Part shown: positions 31,812-40,958 of the stretch, in pieces | Numbering within the stretch: the stretch's first letter is position 1 | Layout of the letters: every line of letters begins with the position of its first letter | Virus record (IMG/VR): IMGVR_UViG_3300037755_000305 | Location: 120,112-184,111 of that record | DNA from: a virus | DNA: 64,000 bases | Reading direction: 5' to 3' (one strand) | Notes under the pieces: generated by a model | The model's database searches: none | The model's input: only the letters and a program-made list of their open reading frames with translations | Told to the model about the DNA's origin: nothing | Position numbers and translations under genes: made by a program

Positions 31812-32407
31812 ATAACATAGAGGTGGGGCATAAATCTAATTCTGATACTACGTACATTGTAAGTGGGCACCCTAGGTCTGGCACATCAATGATGATGAAG
31901 GCTTTAATAGCTGGTGGTCTTGAGGGCGAGTTTAGCCGAGAAAGAAATAGACAAAAAACACAACGAAAAAAACCAGAGTATGAAGCAAATCCAGGCGGTT
32001 TTTATGAACTTGCAAAAAGAGTTCAAATGCAGCCTAGGTTTCCAGAGCTTTTCGAAGGTAAGCTAATAAAAGTGTTATTCAGGGGTCTAGGGAACCTATA
32101 CCCAGGAAATTACAAGGTTGTGTATATGTTAAGAAACCCTGAAGAGATTTCTGCGTCTATGGAAAAGGTAGGAATGAGACCAAGACGACTTGGGTGGAGT
32201 AGACCTGAAGACTATTTTGATGTAATGCAACATTACCTTACTGTTGCAGATAATAGAAAAGACATGGAAATTATTCAAATGTGGTATTCAGACGTTATAG
32301 ACGACCCTATAAAAGCTTTCGGTAAAGTAAAAGCTTTCGGAATTCCTGTAGACGTGAGGCTGGCCTCTAAAGTTGTTACTTCGAATTTGTACAGAAATAG
32401 AGCATAG
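31808..32407 (+). CDS. Sulfotransferase family protein
   Basis: 5'-PSB loop IVSGHPRSGTSMMM; 3'-PB motif VVYMLRNPEEISAS. Confidence 0.8.
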   Translation: MNNIEVGHKSNSDTTYIVSGHPRSGTSMMMKALIAGGLEGEFSRERNRQKTQRKKPEYEANPGGFYELAKRVQMQPRFPELFEGKLIKVLFRGLGNLYPGNYKVVYMLRNPEEISASMEKVGMRPRRLGWSRPEDYFDVMQHYLTVADNRKDMEIIQMWYSDVIDDPIKAFGKVKAFGIPVDVRLASKVVTSNLYRNRA

Positions 32408-32408
32408 A

Positions 32409-32825
32409 CTAACCAGAGGGACAGAATACTTGTCTAATCTTATCAATGATATCGCTCGTGTGTGTCTGCGAGCCAACCTCCAGACAAAAGGTCTGTTTAG
32501 CGTACTCTCGGCCGAGTACCTCGTCTGGGGAATAGTCTGGACCCTTCACTAAGACATCCGGACAAATCTCTGATAGCAAGCGCTCCGGCGTATCTTCGCT
32601 GAAGATGCGTACTTCGTCAACACACTCCAAAGCATCCAGAACTTCGTATCGTGACTGTTCATCGTTGATGGGGTTGCGGCCCTTATGGCGTCGGAAGCTT
32701 TCATCCGAATTAAGACCTACAATGAGCCAATCTCCGTAGTTCTTGGCAGCAACCAAATACCTAACGTGACCTACATGGAGTAGGTCGAAACAACCGTTTG
32801 TGAATACTACTTTTTTATTGCTCAT
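32409..32825 (-). CDS. D-glycero-beta-D-manno-heptose 1-phosphate adenylyltransferase (RfaE domain II/HldC-like)
   Basis: VFTNGCFDLLHVGHVRYL, LIVGLNSDES, FSEDTP, PDVLVKGPDY. Confidence 0.9.
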   Translation of the reverse strand: MSNKKVVFTNGCFDLLHVGHVRYLVAAKNYGDWLIVGLNSDESFRRHKGRNPINDEQSRYEVLDALECVDEVRIFSEDTPERLLSEICPDVLVKGPDYSPDEVLGREYAKQTFCLEVGSQTHTSDIIDKIRQVFCPSG

Positions 32826-33834
32826 GGTGTACTACCATATTCCTAATGACTAAGAGAAGCATAATACCGAATACCAGACCAAGAGGTATAGAAGGCTCTG
32901 GCACCGGTACTATAGGACCAACTCCAGAAACAGCCGCCACACGGAATCCAGTACCAGAAGCCTCTTGCATAGGACCTTCCGCGAACCTATGGGAAGAGGC
33001 TAATGTGTATACCCCTGTGTTGAGACTGCCACCACGAATAATTCTCCGATCCTCACTGATCTCCTCTGTCCATTCCCAGACGTTTCCGCCTTGGTCAAAT
33101 GTTCCATAAGGACCAGATGTTGTAGAATAGGAGCCTACTGGCGTCTTTTCTCCCGGGTAGCTTCCCACAATATTGTTACAATTGGCTTGGTTTTCAGTCG
33201 AAGAAGGAGCGGCACATACTGGGGCAGTATTAGAAAAAGGATACTTGGTATAGCTATCAGTATCATTGTGATAATACGCTGCCTTGTACCATTCATTCTC
33301 ATTAGGCAGAAACACTAGTGCTCCAGGGTTTCTAGTTACGCTGTTATTAGCAATCTTTTCTGGTGTGAGTGTGTACGCTCCGTCTTCTGTAGTGTTCTCA
33401 TCTTGAGCACCAGAAAGTGCCCCGTTATGTAACCAATTCACGTATCGAACAGCGTCATAAAAAGATACGAACGTAACGGGACGTATTTTTAGTTCTTCCA
33501 CAACAGAGTAAGTGTAGTTTCCTGAAGCGCCTTTTCTACGTATTGAAGGAAATTTTCTCAACGGAGGAAAGCTTTTGGACATTTCTGGGTTGTAGAGACC
33601 AAACGTATCAACAGCAGCCACAGCGTTCAAAAACATTACATACTGTTGATTCGTAACCTCGAATATGGATAACCTGAACTCGTAAGGGACCACACCGCAT
33701 GCGGCTGAACAATTTCCCGAAGCATCGAAGGAAGCTTCTGTGTCTGCTATGTTTACCGCCTCATGGTATTCTTCGGCTGCGCTAGTGCTGGAAAGCAATA
33801 AAACTAGAAATAAAACATGGAGCCAGAAACGCAT
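32815..33834 (-). CDS. FGE-sulfatase (SUMF1)-domain protein with signal peptide and PEP-CTERM tail
   Basis: Signal peptide; FEVTNQQY...RPVTFVSFYDA...LPNENEWYKAA...GTFDQGGNVWEW...GFRVA; ends VPEPS + TM helix + RN. Confidence 0.9.
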   Translation of the reverse strand: MRFWLHVLFLVLLLSSTSAAEEYHEAVNIADTEASFDASGNCSAACGVVPYEFRLSIFEVTNQQYVMFLNAVAAVDTFGLYNPEMSKSFPPLRKFPSIRRKGASGNYTYSVVEELKIRPVTFVSFYDAVRYVNWLHNGALSGAQDENTTEDGAYTLTPEKIANNSVTRNPGALVFLPNENEWYKAAYYHNDTDSYTKYPFSNTAPVCAAPSSTENQANCNNIVGSYPGEKTPVGSYSTTSGPYGTFDQGGNVWEWTEEISEDRRIIRGGSLNTGVYTLASSHRFAEGPMQEASGTGFRVAAVSGVGPIVPVPEPSIPLGLVFGIMLLLVIRNMVVHHEQ

Positions 33835-33913
33835 ATGCTGTGTAGATCCTTTCGAATTATGTCTTATACAAGCCCAGCGTCTCCCTTTAGTGTTCATTCG
33901 CACAAGGTGTACA

Positions 33914-34423
33914 ATGCCTATCAGATTTCGCATATCCCCTCTAGCGCTTGCCCCTGGGGGAGCATTAGTTAGCTACACAGGTACGGATTTACCTCTAGCA
34001 CAGACATTGCAATATCCAAGAATTCCAACATTGAACTCGGGGTCTAGCTTAATCGCTACAGTTTCTCCATTGACTTTTCGGTCAAACATAAACGAGGACG
34101 GAACGTTCCCTATTAGACCTGCCAATTCCGTTAGCCAAACTAGCAAGTTGTTGGTGCATGTTTCTACTTCTGGGTCCGCTACAGTTCATCATGCGGAAGA
34201 CAACACCTACCAAACAGGGTTCAGCCTCGCTTACGGGTTGTACGTATCAATACAGGGAACTTCCATGCATGAAGACATATTCGAAAGGGCACTTAACGAT
34301 ACACGTGGGTCTCAGTTCAAGGCAAACCTACAAGAACTAATAGCGCGAAGCATACTTGAAGTTCGAAACCAATCCGGTGCTCCTATGAGCCCGTCAGAAA
34401 TAGGCTCCTACATAGCGCCCTGA
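33914..34423 (+). CDS. Hypothetical protein
   Basis: AAGGTG RBS before ATG 33914. Confidence 0.55.
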   Translation: MPIRFRISPLALAPGGALVSYTGTDLPLAQTLQYPRIPTLNSGSSLIATVSPLTFRSNINEDGTFPIRPANSVSQTSKLLVHVSTSGSATVHHAEDNTYQTGFSLAYGLYVSIQGTSMHEDIFERALNDTRGSQFKANLQELIARSILEVRNQSGAPMSPSEIGSYIAP

Positions 34424-34785
34424 TCTGCACTGACTTTCTCCCGTATCGCTTTTAGAGTACGGGATTCTTCTACGGCAGCCTTACGTCCCTCGGTAAGCGC
34501 TTTGACCGCTGCTTCAAGATCGCAATATCGAGCGTCGTGCTCAAGGCGATACTGTTCCATATAGCGTATCTGTTCCTTTAGGTGAAAGATACACGCGGAT
34601 TGGTCTTTGTGGACCGTCTCCCCGGAGTTAGCAGTGTGCAATTCTCCCATGTTTCCGCCACATGCGTCACAAAACCCGTACTGGGTATTGGAGCAGACCC
34701 TAGTCTCGTGATCTGCTGATTGCCACGAATCCTCGCTATCGTAGGTCTTGCCACAGTGCGAGCATAGAATGTAGTGGCTCGTCAT
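34408..34785 (-). CDS. Zn-finger hypothetical protein
   Basis: CSHC...CDAC; C-terminal coiled coil. Confidence 0.6.
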   Translation of the reverse strand: MTSHYILCSHCGKTYDSEDSWQSADHETRVCSNTQYGFCDACGGNMGELHTANSGETVHKDQSACIFHLKEQIRYMEQYRLEHDARYCDLEAAVKALTEGRKAAVEESRTLKAIREKVSADQGAM

Positions 34786-35009
34786 GCCTGGATGTACTCC
34801 TTGGTAGGGTCCCCGTCCGGGCGACGCCTACCAGTCTCGCAGTGGCGGAACCAACCTTCCGGTTCTTTGCCTTCCTCAATATCCTCTAAGGCCGCGACCG
34901 CAGCCTCCTTGGAATCGTATCACCAGTTGTCGAAGACATTGAATCCGTCGGTTTTAATGATGCGGTACTTTCCCAGCAGCATTCCGCAAATCTCATACCA
35001 AATCTTCAT
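34782..35009 (-). CDS. 75-aa protein with in-frame UGA at codon 30 (candidate selenoprotein, or nonsense allele)
   Basis: GGAG RBS; MKIWYEICG...FDNW(UGA)YDSKEAA...GWFRHCETGRRRPDGDPTKEYIQA*; the final stop overlaps the next ATG (ATGA). Confidence 0.65.
34889..34906 (-). promoter_or_regulatory. SECIS-like hairpin
   Basis: AGGCUGC-GGUC-GCGGCCU; stem begins 14 nt after the UGA and the loop occupies nt 21-24. Confidence 0.55.
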
Positions 35010-35190
35010 CTATGTTCTCCATGTTATCGCGAATAGAAGCAGCCTTGTTCCTGGCGTGTCCTAGATCATCAGCCTCAATGCGGATCCAGCTCTGTCCCCA
35101 CTCTTCAGTAAGCCCGCCCTGCCCTTCGAAAAAGTCTCCCTCTTTTACGAAGACATTTGGGTACTTCAAAAGTGCGTAGTATTTACCCAT
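34993..35190 (-). CDS. Hypothetical protein
   Basis: Short coupled ORF. Confidence 0.55.
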   Translation of the reverse strand: MGKYYALLKYPNVFVKEGDFFEGQGGLTEEWGQSWIRIEADDLGHARNKAASIRDNMENIDEDLV

Positions 35191-35386
35191 TGACCGGGCC
35201 ATACATCTCATTCATGTAGTCTATGACATCGAGAACCGACGCGCTAGAAGCCACATTGGTTCCACGCGCTACCAATTCTTCGTAAATGTCTCCACCTGAC
35301 ACACCATAAGGAAACTTGGAATGGAATTCCTTGTCACTCATGATCTCTCGAACAACAGGTCCCCAAGGACGGTTTTCGTCAGACAT
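35183..35386 (-). CDS. Hypothetical protein
   Basis: Short coupled ORF. Confidence 0.5.
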   Translation of the reverse strand: MSDENRPWGPVVREIMSDKEFHSKFPYGVSGGDIYEELVARGTNVASSASVLDVIDYMNEMYGPVNG

Positions 35387-35774
35387 TCTTCTTCTTCGCC
35401 TTCTGTGCCGCAATGGCCCCGCGCCGGTTAGTAGTAGGTAGGAGCCTTAGCTCAGTTGCAACCTTGTCCAGATGCTCGATGAAGATCCCCAGTGGGAAAA
35501 TATTGTCCTGCTCTTCGTGATCCCAGCGAACCTCTACCTGCAAGACGACACGCTCTCCGTTCGTATCGTTCACAGGCCATGCAGAAACTCGGCGAAGAGT
35601 GCCCACGTCCCCAATGCGGACGCGGCAGTCATCGCGAATGTCTTTAGGGCACGAACTGTTGAGCTTCACTTTATCACCAACTGCGAAACCACAGTTCTTC
35701 AAAGACTCATCGTTCAGGCGATCGTATTCTTCCCATTCTGTTGTCATTTGCCACCGCAGATTGTCCACGTTCAC
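35379..35774 (-). CDS. Hypothetical SH3-like protein
   Basis: FAVGDKVKL...GDVGTL...VEVRWD; ends RRGAIAAQKAKKKNV. Confidence 0.55.
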   Translation of the reverse strand: MNVDNLRWQMTTEWEEYDRLNDESLKNCGFAVGDKVKLNSSCPKDIRDDCRVRIGDVGTLRRVSAWPVNDTNGERVVLQVEVRWDHEEQDNIFPLGIFIEHLDKVATELRLLPTTNRRGAIAAQKAKKKNV

Positions 35775-35782
35775 CCCCTACC

Positions 35783-36082
35783 CTACTTTCCTCGTTGATA
35801 GCATCCATACAGCCATACTGGACCCAGAACAACTAGAATCATAGATGCACCTACAAGAGGTCCGCTAATAGGGTTTTCCTTAGACATGCCTGCTACGGCC
35901 CCCAAGCATACGAAGCAAATAAACAAAAGAGTGCCTGGATGGTTGCCGTACTTATCCGAGTATGCAGCTCCTCTACGGATTCGTGTTATGAACTCCCTCA
36001 CTTTGTACTCCCAAAACATCGAGAAAAAACAGAAGGTAAGTGTAAACCAAAACCAAACCAGGGAGTAACATGTACCATCCAT
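35783..36082 (-). CDS. Membrane protein
   Basis: Three hydrophobic segments. Confidence 0.55.
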   Translation of the reverse strand: MDGTCYSLVWFWFTLTFCFFSMFWEYKVREFITRIRRGAAYSDKYGNHPGTLLFICFVCLGAVAGMSKENPISGPLVGASMILVVLGPVWLYGCYQRGK

Positions 36083-36177
36083 ATGGTGTACGTGTTACCG
36101 TCCTCGTTGATAACAAGACTTATTTTAGTCAAGCCCATCCAAGGTTTTCCCCAGGCGCTCGCTTGAAACTCCATCAG

Positions 36178-37410
36178 TTACCCCTTCACGCACAAGACTT
36201 GTTTAAGCGTATGCTTGATTTCCACCAAAGACTCTTGAGCCTTCATCACACTGTCAATAGACTTATACGCACCAGGGGTTTCATCCAAAACTCCAATGTC
36301 TTTTCTACATTCCACGCCCTCGGTAGCAGCAATGTGGTCGTCCAGCGTAAATTGTTTCTTGGCCGCAGAACGACTCATCACTCTCCCAGCACCATGCGAA
36401 CACGAGTCGAAGCTTTCCGGGTTGCCCTTGCCCTCTACAATGAACGACTTAGCGCCCATCGAACCCGGGATGATTCCCATGACACCCTTGCGAGCGCACA
36501 CAGCTCCCTTGCGGGTCAACCACACGTTGTCTCCGTAGTGGTTCTCGCGAGTAGTGTAGTTGTGGTGACAGTTGACGGCAACATCGTGCGTCAATAGCTT
36601 CTTCTGCGGAACTCCGCCCTCACGCTTCAGCGCGTCGAAAACCTGAACCACCATGAGATCACGATTGATGCGAGCAAAGTCCTGCCCCCACTCCATAGCC
36701 TCGATGTAGTCATCGAAATACTGAGTGCCTTCCGGCAAGTACGCCAAGTCACGGTCCGGGAGGTGAATGAAATGCTTCGACATCTCTTCCTTCGCCAAAT
36801 CCGTGAAGTATCGGCCGATAATGTTACCCGGACCACGGCTTCCCGAGTGTAGCATCAGCCACACGCGATCAGCCTCGTCCAAGCAAATCTCGATGAAGTG
36901 ATTCCCGCTGCCCAGCGTACCTAGCTGCAAGGAAGCCGCCTTGTGGAAGATAGACTTGTGCTTCGCCAAAATGTTCTGGTAGCGAGCGTCCAACTTGTTG
37001 GCCCATGCTAGAGCATGCGTCTTCGGAACATCGCCCGAAGCGTATCCACCCTTGTTGTGGGAAGCCCCCTTGACAGCGCCAGTCGGAACAGCGTGCTCGA
37101 TAGCCGAACGCCAGCCCTTCAAGTTTGTCGGAAGGTCAGTGGACTCCATGCCCGTCCGTACGGCGACCATGCCGCAGCCAATATCGACCCCGACCGCAGA
37201 CGGTATAATAGCCCCTTTCGTTGGAATGACTGAGCCTACAGTGGCCCCAAAACCAAAGTGGCAATCAGGCATGACGGCGACGTGCTTGTGGATGAACGGC
37301 AGAGATGCAACATTACGCAACTGTCCCAGAGCGGCTTCTTCGACCGGAACGCCCTTCGTGAATGCCTTGATCGGCACAAGGCCACCCTGATAAACGTCAA
37401 AATCACTCAT
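36178..37410 (-). CDS. rtcB: RNA 2',3'-cyclic phosphate/5'-OH ligase RtcB
   Basis: MPDCH, VGVDIGCGM, LGTLGSGNHFIE, HSGSRG, CHHNY, IIPGSMG, SHGAGR, DETPGAYK. Confidence 0.97.
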   Translation of the reverse strand: MSDFDVYQGGLVPIKAFTKGVPVEEAALGQLRNVASLPFIHKHVAVMPDCHFGFGATVGSVIPTKGAIIPSAVGVDIGCGMVAVRTGMESTDLPTNLKGWRSAIEHAVPTGAVKGASHNKGGYASGDVPKTHALAWANKLDARYQNILAKHKSIFHKAASLQLGTLGSGNHFIEICLDEADRVWLMLHSGSRGPGNIIGRYFTDLAKEEMSKHFIHLPDRDLAYLPEGTQYFDDYIEAMEWGQDFARINRDLMVVQVFDALKREGGVPQKKLLTHDVAVNCHHNYTTRENHYGDNVWLTRKGAVCARKGVMGIIPGSMGAKSFIVEGKGNPESFDSCSHGAGRVMSRSAAKKQFTLDDHIAATEGVECRKDIGVLDETPGAYKSIDSVMKAQESLVEIKHTLKQVLCVKG

Positions 37411-37754
37411 TTCGTTCTCCTCTGCTCCCGTGCTCTGTCTCTGCGGTTCATTTCACAATCTGCCGATTCGGGGATTCTACAGTCCCCGTAAAGTCTTCCG
37501 TTATCGAAAATACAGCCAAACGGACAGGTCTGTCCCACATTTGCAGCGATGTACGCACTAATCTGGTGCGGTGTCACACTGAGACCGCCCTTGTGCCGTC
37601 TTCGTTCTATCTCGTCCCAACTGAGGCCGGTGATCTCATGAAAATCTGGCGTCATTCTCGCGCCGTCAGGAGGTCGAATATCGACGTGAGAGCGCCCTAC
37701 CTTGTATTCGTAGTCCTTTTCATCGACAGTGATGTTTCGATACCCATTGCTCAT
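37407..37754 (-). CDS. Hypothetical protein
   Basis: Coupled to rtcB. Confidence 0.55.
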   Translation of the reverse strand: MSNGYRNITVDEKDYEYKVGRSHVDIRPPDGARMTPDFHEITGLSWDEIERRRHKGGLSVTPHQISAYIAANVGQTCPFGCIFDNGRLYGDCRIPESADCEMNRRDRAREQRRTK

Positions 37755-37966
37755 CTTGGATCTTCTCCAAGTTTTCCAGTAAGCTTGAAATTCTCCTGAA
37801 TCTCTGTTACATCACCGTGCCTGGGACAGATTATCCTACCATCAGCGTTATTTGTGATGAACCACCACTTGCGCGAATTTCTCCTGCCCAACCGAAACCA
37901 ACAACGGCCCACGGAAACTCCGTCCCCAGTTCTCTCTCTTACTGCGCAATTACTTTCAAAAGACAT
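37751..37966 (-). CDS. Hypothetical protein (probably leaderless mRNA)
   Basis: ATG lies 8 nt downstream of a sigma28 -10 box. Confidence 0.5.
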   Translation of the reverse strand: MSFESNCAVRERTGDGVSVGRCWFRLGRRNSRKWWFITNNADGRIICPRHGDVTEIQENFKLTGKLGEDPR

Positions 37967-37973
37967 GGTTACC

Positions 37974-38000
37974 TCATCGGCGACGGAGCCGAGAACTTTA
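37974..38000 (-). promoter_or_regulatory. sigma28-type promoter (rtcB operon)
   Basis: TAAA-N15-GCCGATGA. Confidence 0.75.
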
Positions 38001-38300
38001 GTCCAAATGCTCAGAAAACTGTTCCGGCGGCAATAGAGTAGTAACTAATGCGCGACGAGCGTCGAATACCGTCACTATCTTTCTTCCCCGGAGGGGAACA
38101 ATGAAAGTGTATTGTTCTCCCTCTTGATTTACTTTCGTGAGAGTGTGCTTGAGAAAACAGGTACCCACAAGCTCCTCGCGAACCAGATTACACAAAGTAT
38201 CGTAGTCGTTGTCAAGCAACTCGAAACCGTAGCGCTCGCGCGCCCGTTCTTTGCAGTGCTGAAGGCTATACTCTCTCGGACTCTGATTCTTCCTCTTCAT
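37998..38300 (-). CDS. Hypothetical protein
   Basis: HCKERARERYG...VTTLLP. Confidence 0.55.
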   Translation of the reverse strand: MKRKNQSPREYSLQHCKERARERYGFELLDNDYDTLCNLVREELVGTCFLKHTLTKVNQEGEQYTFIVPLRGRKIVTVFDARRALVTTLLPPEQFSEHLD

Positions 38301-38598
38301 CTTCGTTCTCCGCGAATCGCATAAAAATGACTCGGCTTCCATCCCAGACCTTCAGCTCCCAGCCTTCAGCTCCCAATTCGTTCAGCCTGTCTTCCAGCCT
38401 GTCGTCGGCAGACAGACTGTGGGTTGTAACTACCTTGTACTCTACAGAATCATTGATAGTTTCATCGACAGGTGTGGTGTACGTGGTCGTGGTGCGGGAC
38501 TCGAAGAAACCATCCTTGTGAATAGGCTCATCAGGAAAAATTCTATCGAATCCAAACACGTTATCGAAAAGGCTTTTAAATCTAGGGTGGGCGCTCAT
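38266..38598 (-). CDS. DUF4177-like protein
   Basis: EYKVV...LEDRLNELGAEGWEL. Confidence 0.6.
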   Translation of the reverse strand: MSAHPRFKSLFDNVFGFDRIFPDEPIHKDGFFESRTTTTYTTPVDETINDSVEYKVVTTHSLSADDRLEDRLNELGAEGWELKVWDGSRVIFMRFAENEDEEEESESERV

Positions 38599-39368
38599 AC
38601 CTCTACTCTCCAGTTAGGGTCAAAATTCTTGTTCTCATCCCCGGGCTCACCGTATCCGCACGGATTCATTCGGACTTTGGTTCCTGCAATTTCATATTCC
38701 AAGCTTTGATGCGTGTGCCCATGGAACCAATACGCGATATCGTAGGCGTGCATGATGCCGTCGAGATCCGAATAGAACCCTGGGTTGATAGCAGCCGCAG
38801 GATTCCGGTGAAACATAGGATGAACGCTCTTGAAGCTTGGAAGGTGGTGAGTCACAACAATCGTGGGCCCGTCATGCTCCTCATTCAGGGTTTCCATAAT
38901 GAATTCTACAGCTTCTTTGTGCAGAGCAACCGTATCAGAAGCGCGAAGTAGCTTACCTGCATTCTTTATGTATCCGTAGTCTGCCATGCCCTGCTCTATC
39001 AGAACCATAGATGTTGGATTCTCGTGATTGATGTTCGTCCACAGAGTGGTTCCGACAAATCGCACGTCTCCAAGAACCTTCACATCCATATCTAGAAGAG
39101 TCACTTTATCGAAATATTCCAACTCCTCGCGAACGTCGTTTGCCAGAGTCGTGATATCGTTATGATAGAACTCGTGATTGCCCATTACGTACAGGACGTG
39201 GGCGAAGCGACTGGAAACCTGTTGAAGGAAGTCACAGGCGTCAACACCGGTAGCAATGTCTCCAGCCGCCACAAGGATGGTATCACCATCCTCGGGCAGC
39301 TCAGGAACTACAGACTCCCAGTCCTTGCCGAATTCAAGGTGCATGTCCGATACGAGCCTAACCAGCAT
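38595..39368 (-). CDS. Calcineurin-like metallophosphoesterase
   Basis: SDMH, AGDI, GNHE, THHLP and HGHTH motifs. Confidence 0.9.
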   Translation of the reverse strand: MLVRLVSDMHLEFGKDWESVVPELPEDGDTILVAAGDIATGVDACDFLQQVSSRFAHVLYVMGNHEFYHNDITTLANDVREELEYFDKVTLLDMDVKVLGDVRFVGTTLWTNINHENPTSMVLIEQGMADYGYIKNAGKLLRASDTVALHKEAVEFIMETLNEEHDGPTIVVTHHLPSFKSVHPMFHRNPAAAINPGFYSDLDGIMHAYDIAYWFHGHTHQSLEYEIAGTKVRMNPCGYGEPGDENKNFDPNWRVEV

Positions 39369-39708
39369 TGACTTCTCTGCGTGCTCTCTGCGCTTGAATT
39401 GCCTGTCGGCGAGAATTGCCCTTGTCGATGGCATTCTCAACAGGCTGAACAACTTGCGACTTGATTGCGCAAGCGACGTGGTATCGGCTGACTTCAGCGA
39501 AGACGGCTACACCGACACTGTGCTCGACGTAAACCTCATCTACGTCGATGGCGAAGCCGATACTGCACTTCTCTCCGGCAGCGCAATCCCACTCCTTGCG
39601 GGAGCGGCGTCCTACAATCGTGACATCCGCTCGTGTACTGCCCTCAGCAGTCTTGGTCCTATCTGGGTGGGGCTTTACTCCCAGGATCTTCGTTACTCGC
39701 TGTCTCAT
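39358..39708 (-). CDS. Hypothetical protein
   Basis: GGAG RBS; downstream of a sigma28 promoter. Confidence 0.5.
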   Translation of the reverse strand: MRQRVTKILGVKPHPDRTKTAEGSTRADVTIVGRRSRKEWDCAAGEKCSIGFAIDVDEVYVEHSVGVAVFAEVSRYHVACAIKSQVVQPVENAIDKGNSRRQAIQAQRARREVNAG

Positions 39709-39747
39709 TGGTGGTTCTCCCGTAATTGTGAGGGCAGTATACCATAC

Positions 39748-39774
39748 CTATCGGTTCCTGCCAGGAGAACTTTA
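39748..39774 (-). promoter_or_regulatory. sigma28-type promoter
   Basis: TAAA-N15-ACCGATAG. Confidence 0.7.
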
Positions 39775-39790
39775 GAGAAAGGTGGGAGAT

Positions 39791-39860
<70 letters not shown>

Positions 39861-39878
39861 GCCAATCTCCCATCTGTG

Positions 39879-39980
39879 TGCAAGCCAGTGGTTTTCCAAT
39901 TAACCTACAGGTTTCTCAGATCGCCTGTCGCGATCCTTACGTACCCCCGCCGGGACTCGAACCCGGAGTTCTGGCATCAT
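39879..39980 (-). ncRNA. Circularly permuted tRNA-like RNA (YrlA-like topology)
   Basis: The 3' half (GCCAG, T-arm CCGGG-TTCGAGT-CCCGG) precedes the 5' half (D-arm GGTT/AACC, CTGGC-TT-GCA). Confidence 0.6.
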
Positions 39981-39982
39981 CG

Positions 39983-40070
39983 TGGCGGAAGATAGAGGAT
40001 TTGAACCTCTGTGGGTTTTACCCCGCATCGCTTTCCAAGCGAGCCCGTTTGTCCTCTCCGGCAATCTTCC
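39983..40070 (-). tRNA. tRNA-Ser(GGA)
   Basis: Cloverleaf, long variable arm, CCA. Confidence 0.93.
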
Positions 40071-40080
40071 TTAGTCCTTA

Positions 40081-40157
40081 TGGATGGGGAACTGGGATTC
40101 GAACCCAGAACCCGCAGATTCAAAGTCTGCTGCTCTAGCCAGTTGAGCTATTCCCCA
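40081..40157 (-). tRNA. tRNA-Gln(TTG)
   Basis: GCAGA-CT-TTG-AA-TCTGC; CCA. Confidence 0.92.
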
Positions 40158-40176
40158 ATATATTTACATTTCTATG

Positions 40177-40263
40177 CGGAAGAAGGAGGATTCGAACCCC
40201 CGCAGGACTCACATCCTGGCCACTGTTTTCGAAACAGGCACAATACCACTCTGTCATTCTTCC
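40177..40263 (-). tRNA. tRNA-Ser(CGA), CCA not encoded
   Basis: Cloverleaf; G73 followed by CAT. Confidence 0.9.
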
Positions 40264-40271
40264 AGGCTATA

Positions 40272-40357
40272 TGGCGGTGGGCAGAGGAATCGAACCCCTA
40301 GACGATTAAATCTACCATAGTGTTCAAAACTACTTTGCCGCCTTGGCGGTGCCCACC
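40272..40357 (-). tRNA. tRNA-Ser(TGA)
   Basis: GTAGT-TT-TGA-AC-ACTAT; long variable arm; CCA. Confidence 0.88.
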
Positions 40358-40776
40358 GATTTACCATTACGAGATTTACGTTCGTATCCTCGTGCTTTCT
40401 TAGCTGCATAGGTGCTACACACCTTACATACCCTATAGCCTCTTGCATCGTACCGAGTATTCAGCTTTGTGAATTTATGTCCGCGAACACAGTGTGTTTT
40501 ATCCTGATTTACCTTGGTTCCGGCTCCAGAATTGCACTTTAGGTGCGAAAACGCTATGTTGTCGATATCCCAAAACAATTCCGCAGAAACATGCAGCCAG
40601 GGCTCCTTATGTTCTAAGCTAAATTCTTCAATAGCTTCAATAACTTCTCCGCATTGATGGCATCTGTCAAGAGATAATTTACGCACAAGGCTAAACATAA
40701 CCAACTTGCGCAATCTGTGTTGTGCTGTGCCGAAGTTCACCCCTAATTGTTCTGACTTGAGTTTATGATTACTCAT
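40330..40776 (-). mobile_element. HNH homing endonuclease within the tRNA array
   Basis: CHQC...SLEHKEPW...NIAFSHLKCN; C-terminal THCVRGH...RVCKVC. Confidence 0.85.
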
Positions 40777-40860
40777 TTTGCTCCAAGCTATCCTTCACAG
40801 TTTTACCTGTGCCCTGGTGTTCGAAACCAGTTTGTACCCTGTACGGTACCTTCCGTATTA

Positions 40861-40951
40861 TGGCGGCGAAGGTGGGTAACGATCCCACTCGGAGGTATTA
40901 GCTCCGGCCTTGGTTTAGCAAACCAGCACAATTCCTATCTGTCACTTCGCC
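40861..40951 (-). tRNA. tRNA-Ser(GCT)
   Basis: Cloverleaf, long variable arm, CCA. Confidence 0.9.
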
Positions 40952-40958
40952 GTATGTA

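Noticed and set aside
463-34423. Antisense ORFs such as 14599-15492, 24575-25057 and 36070-36597
   Set aside because: Shadow frames opposite well-supported genes.
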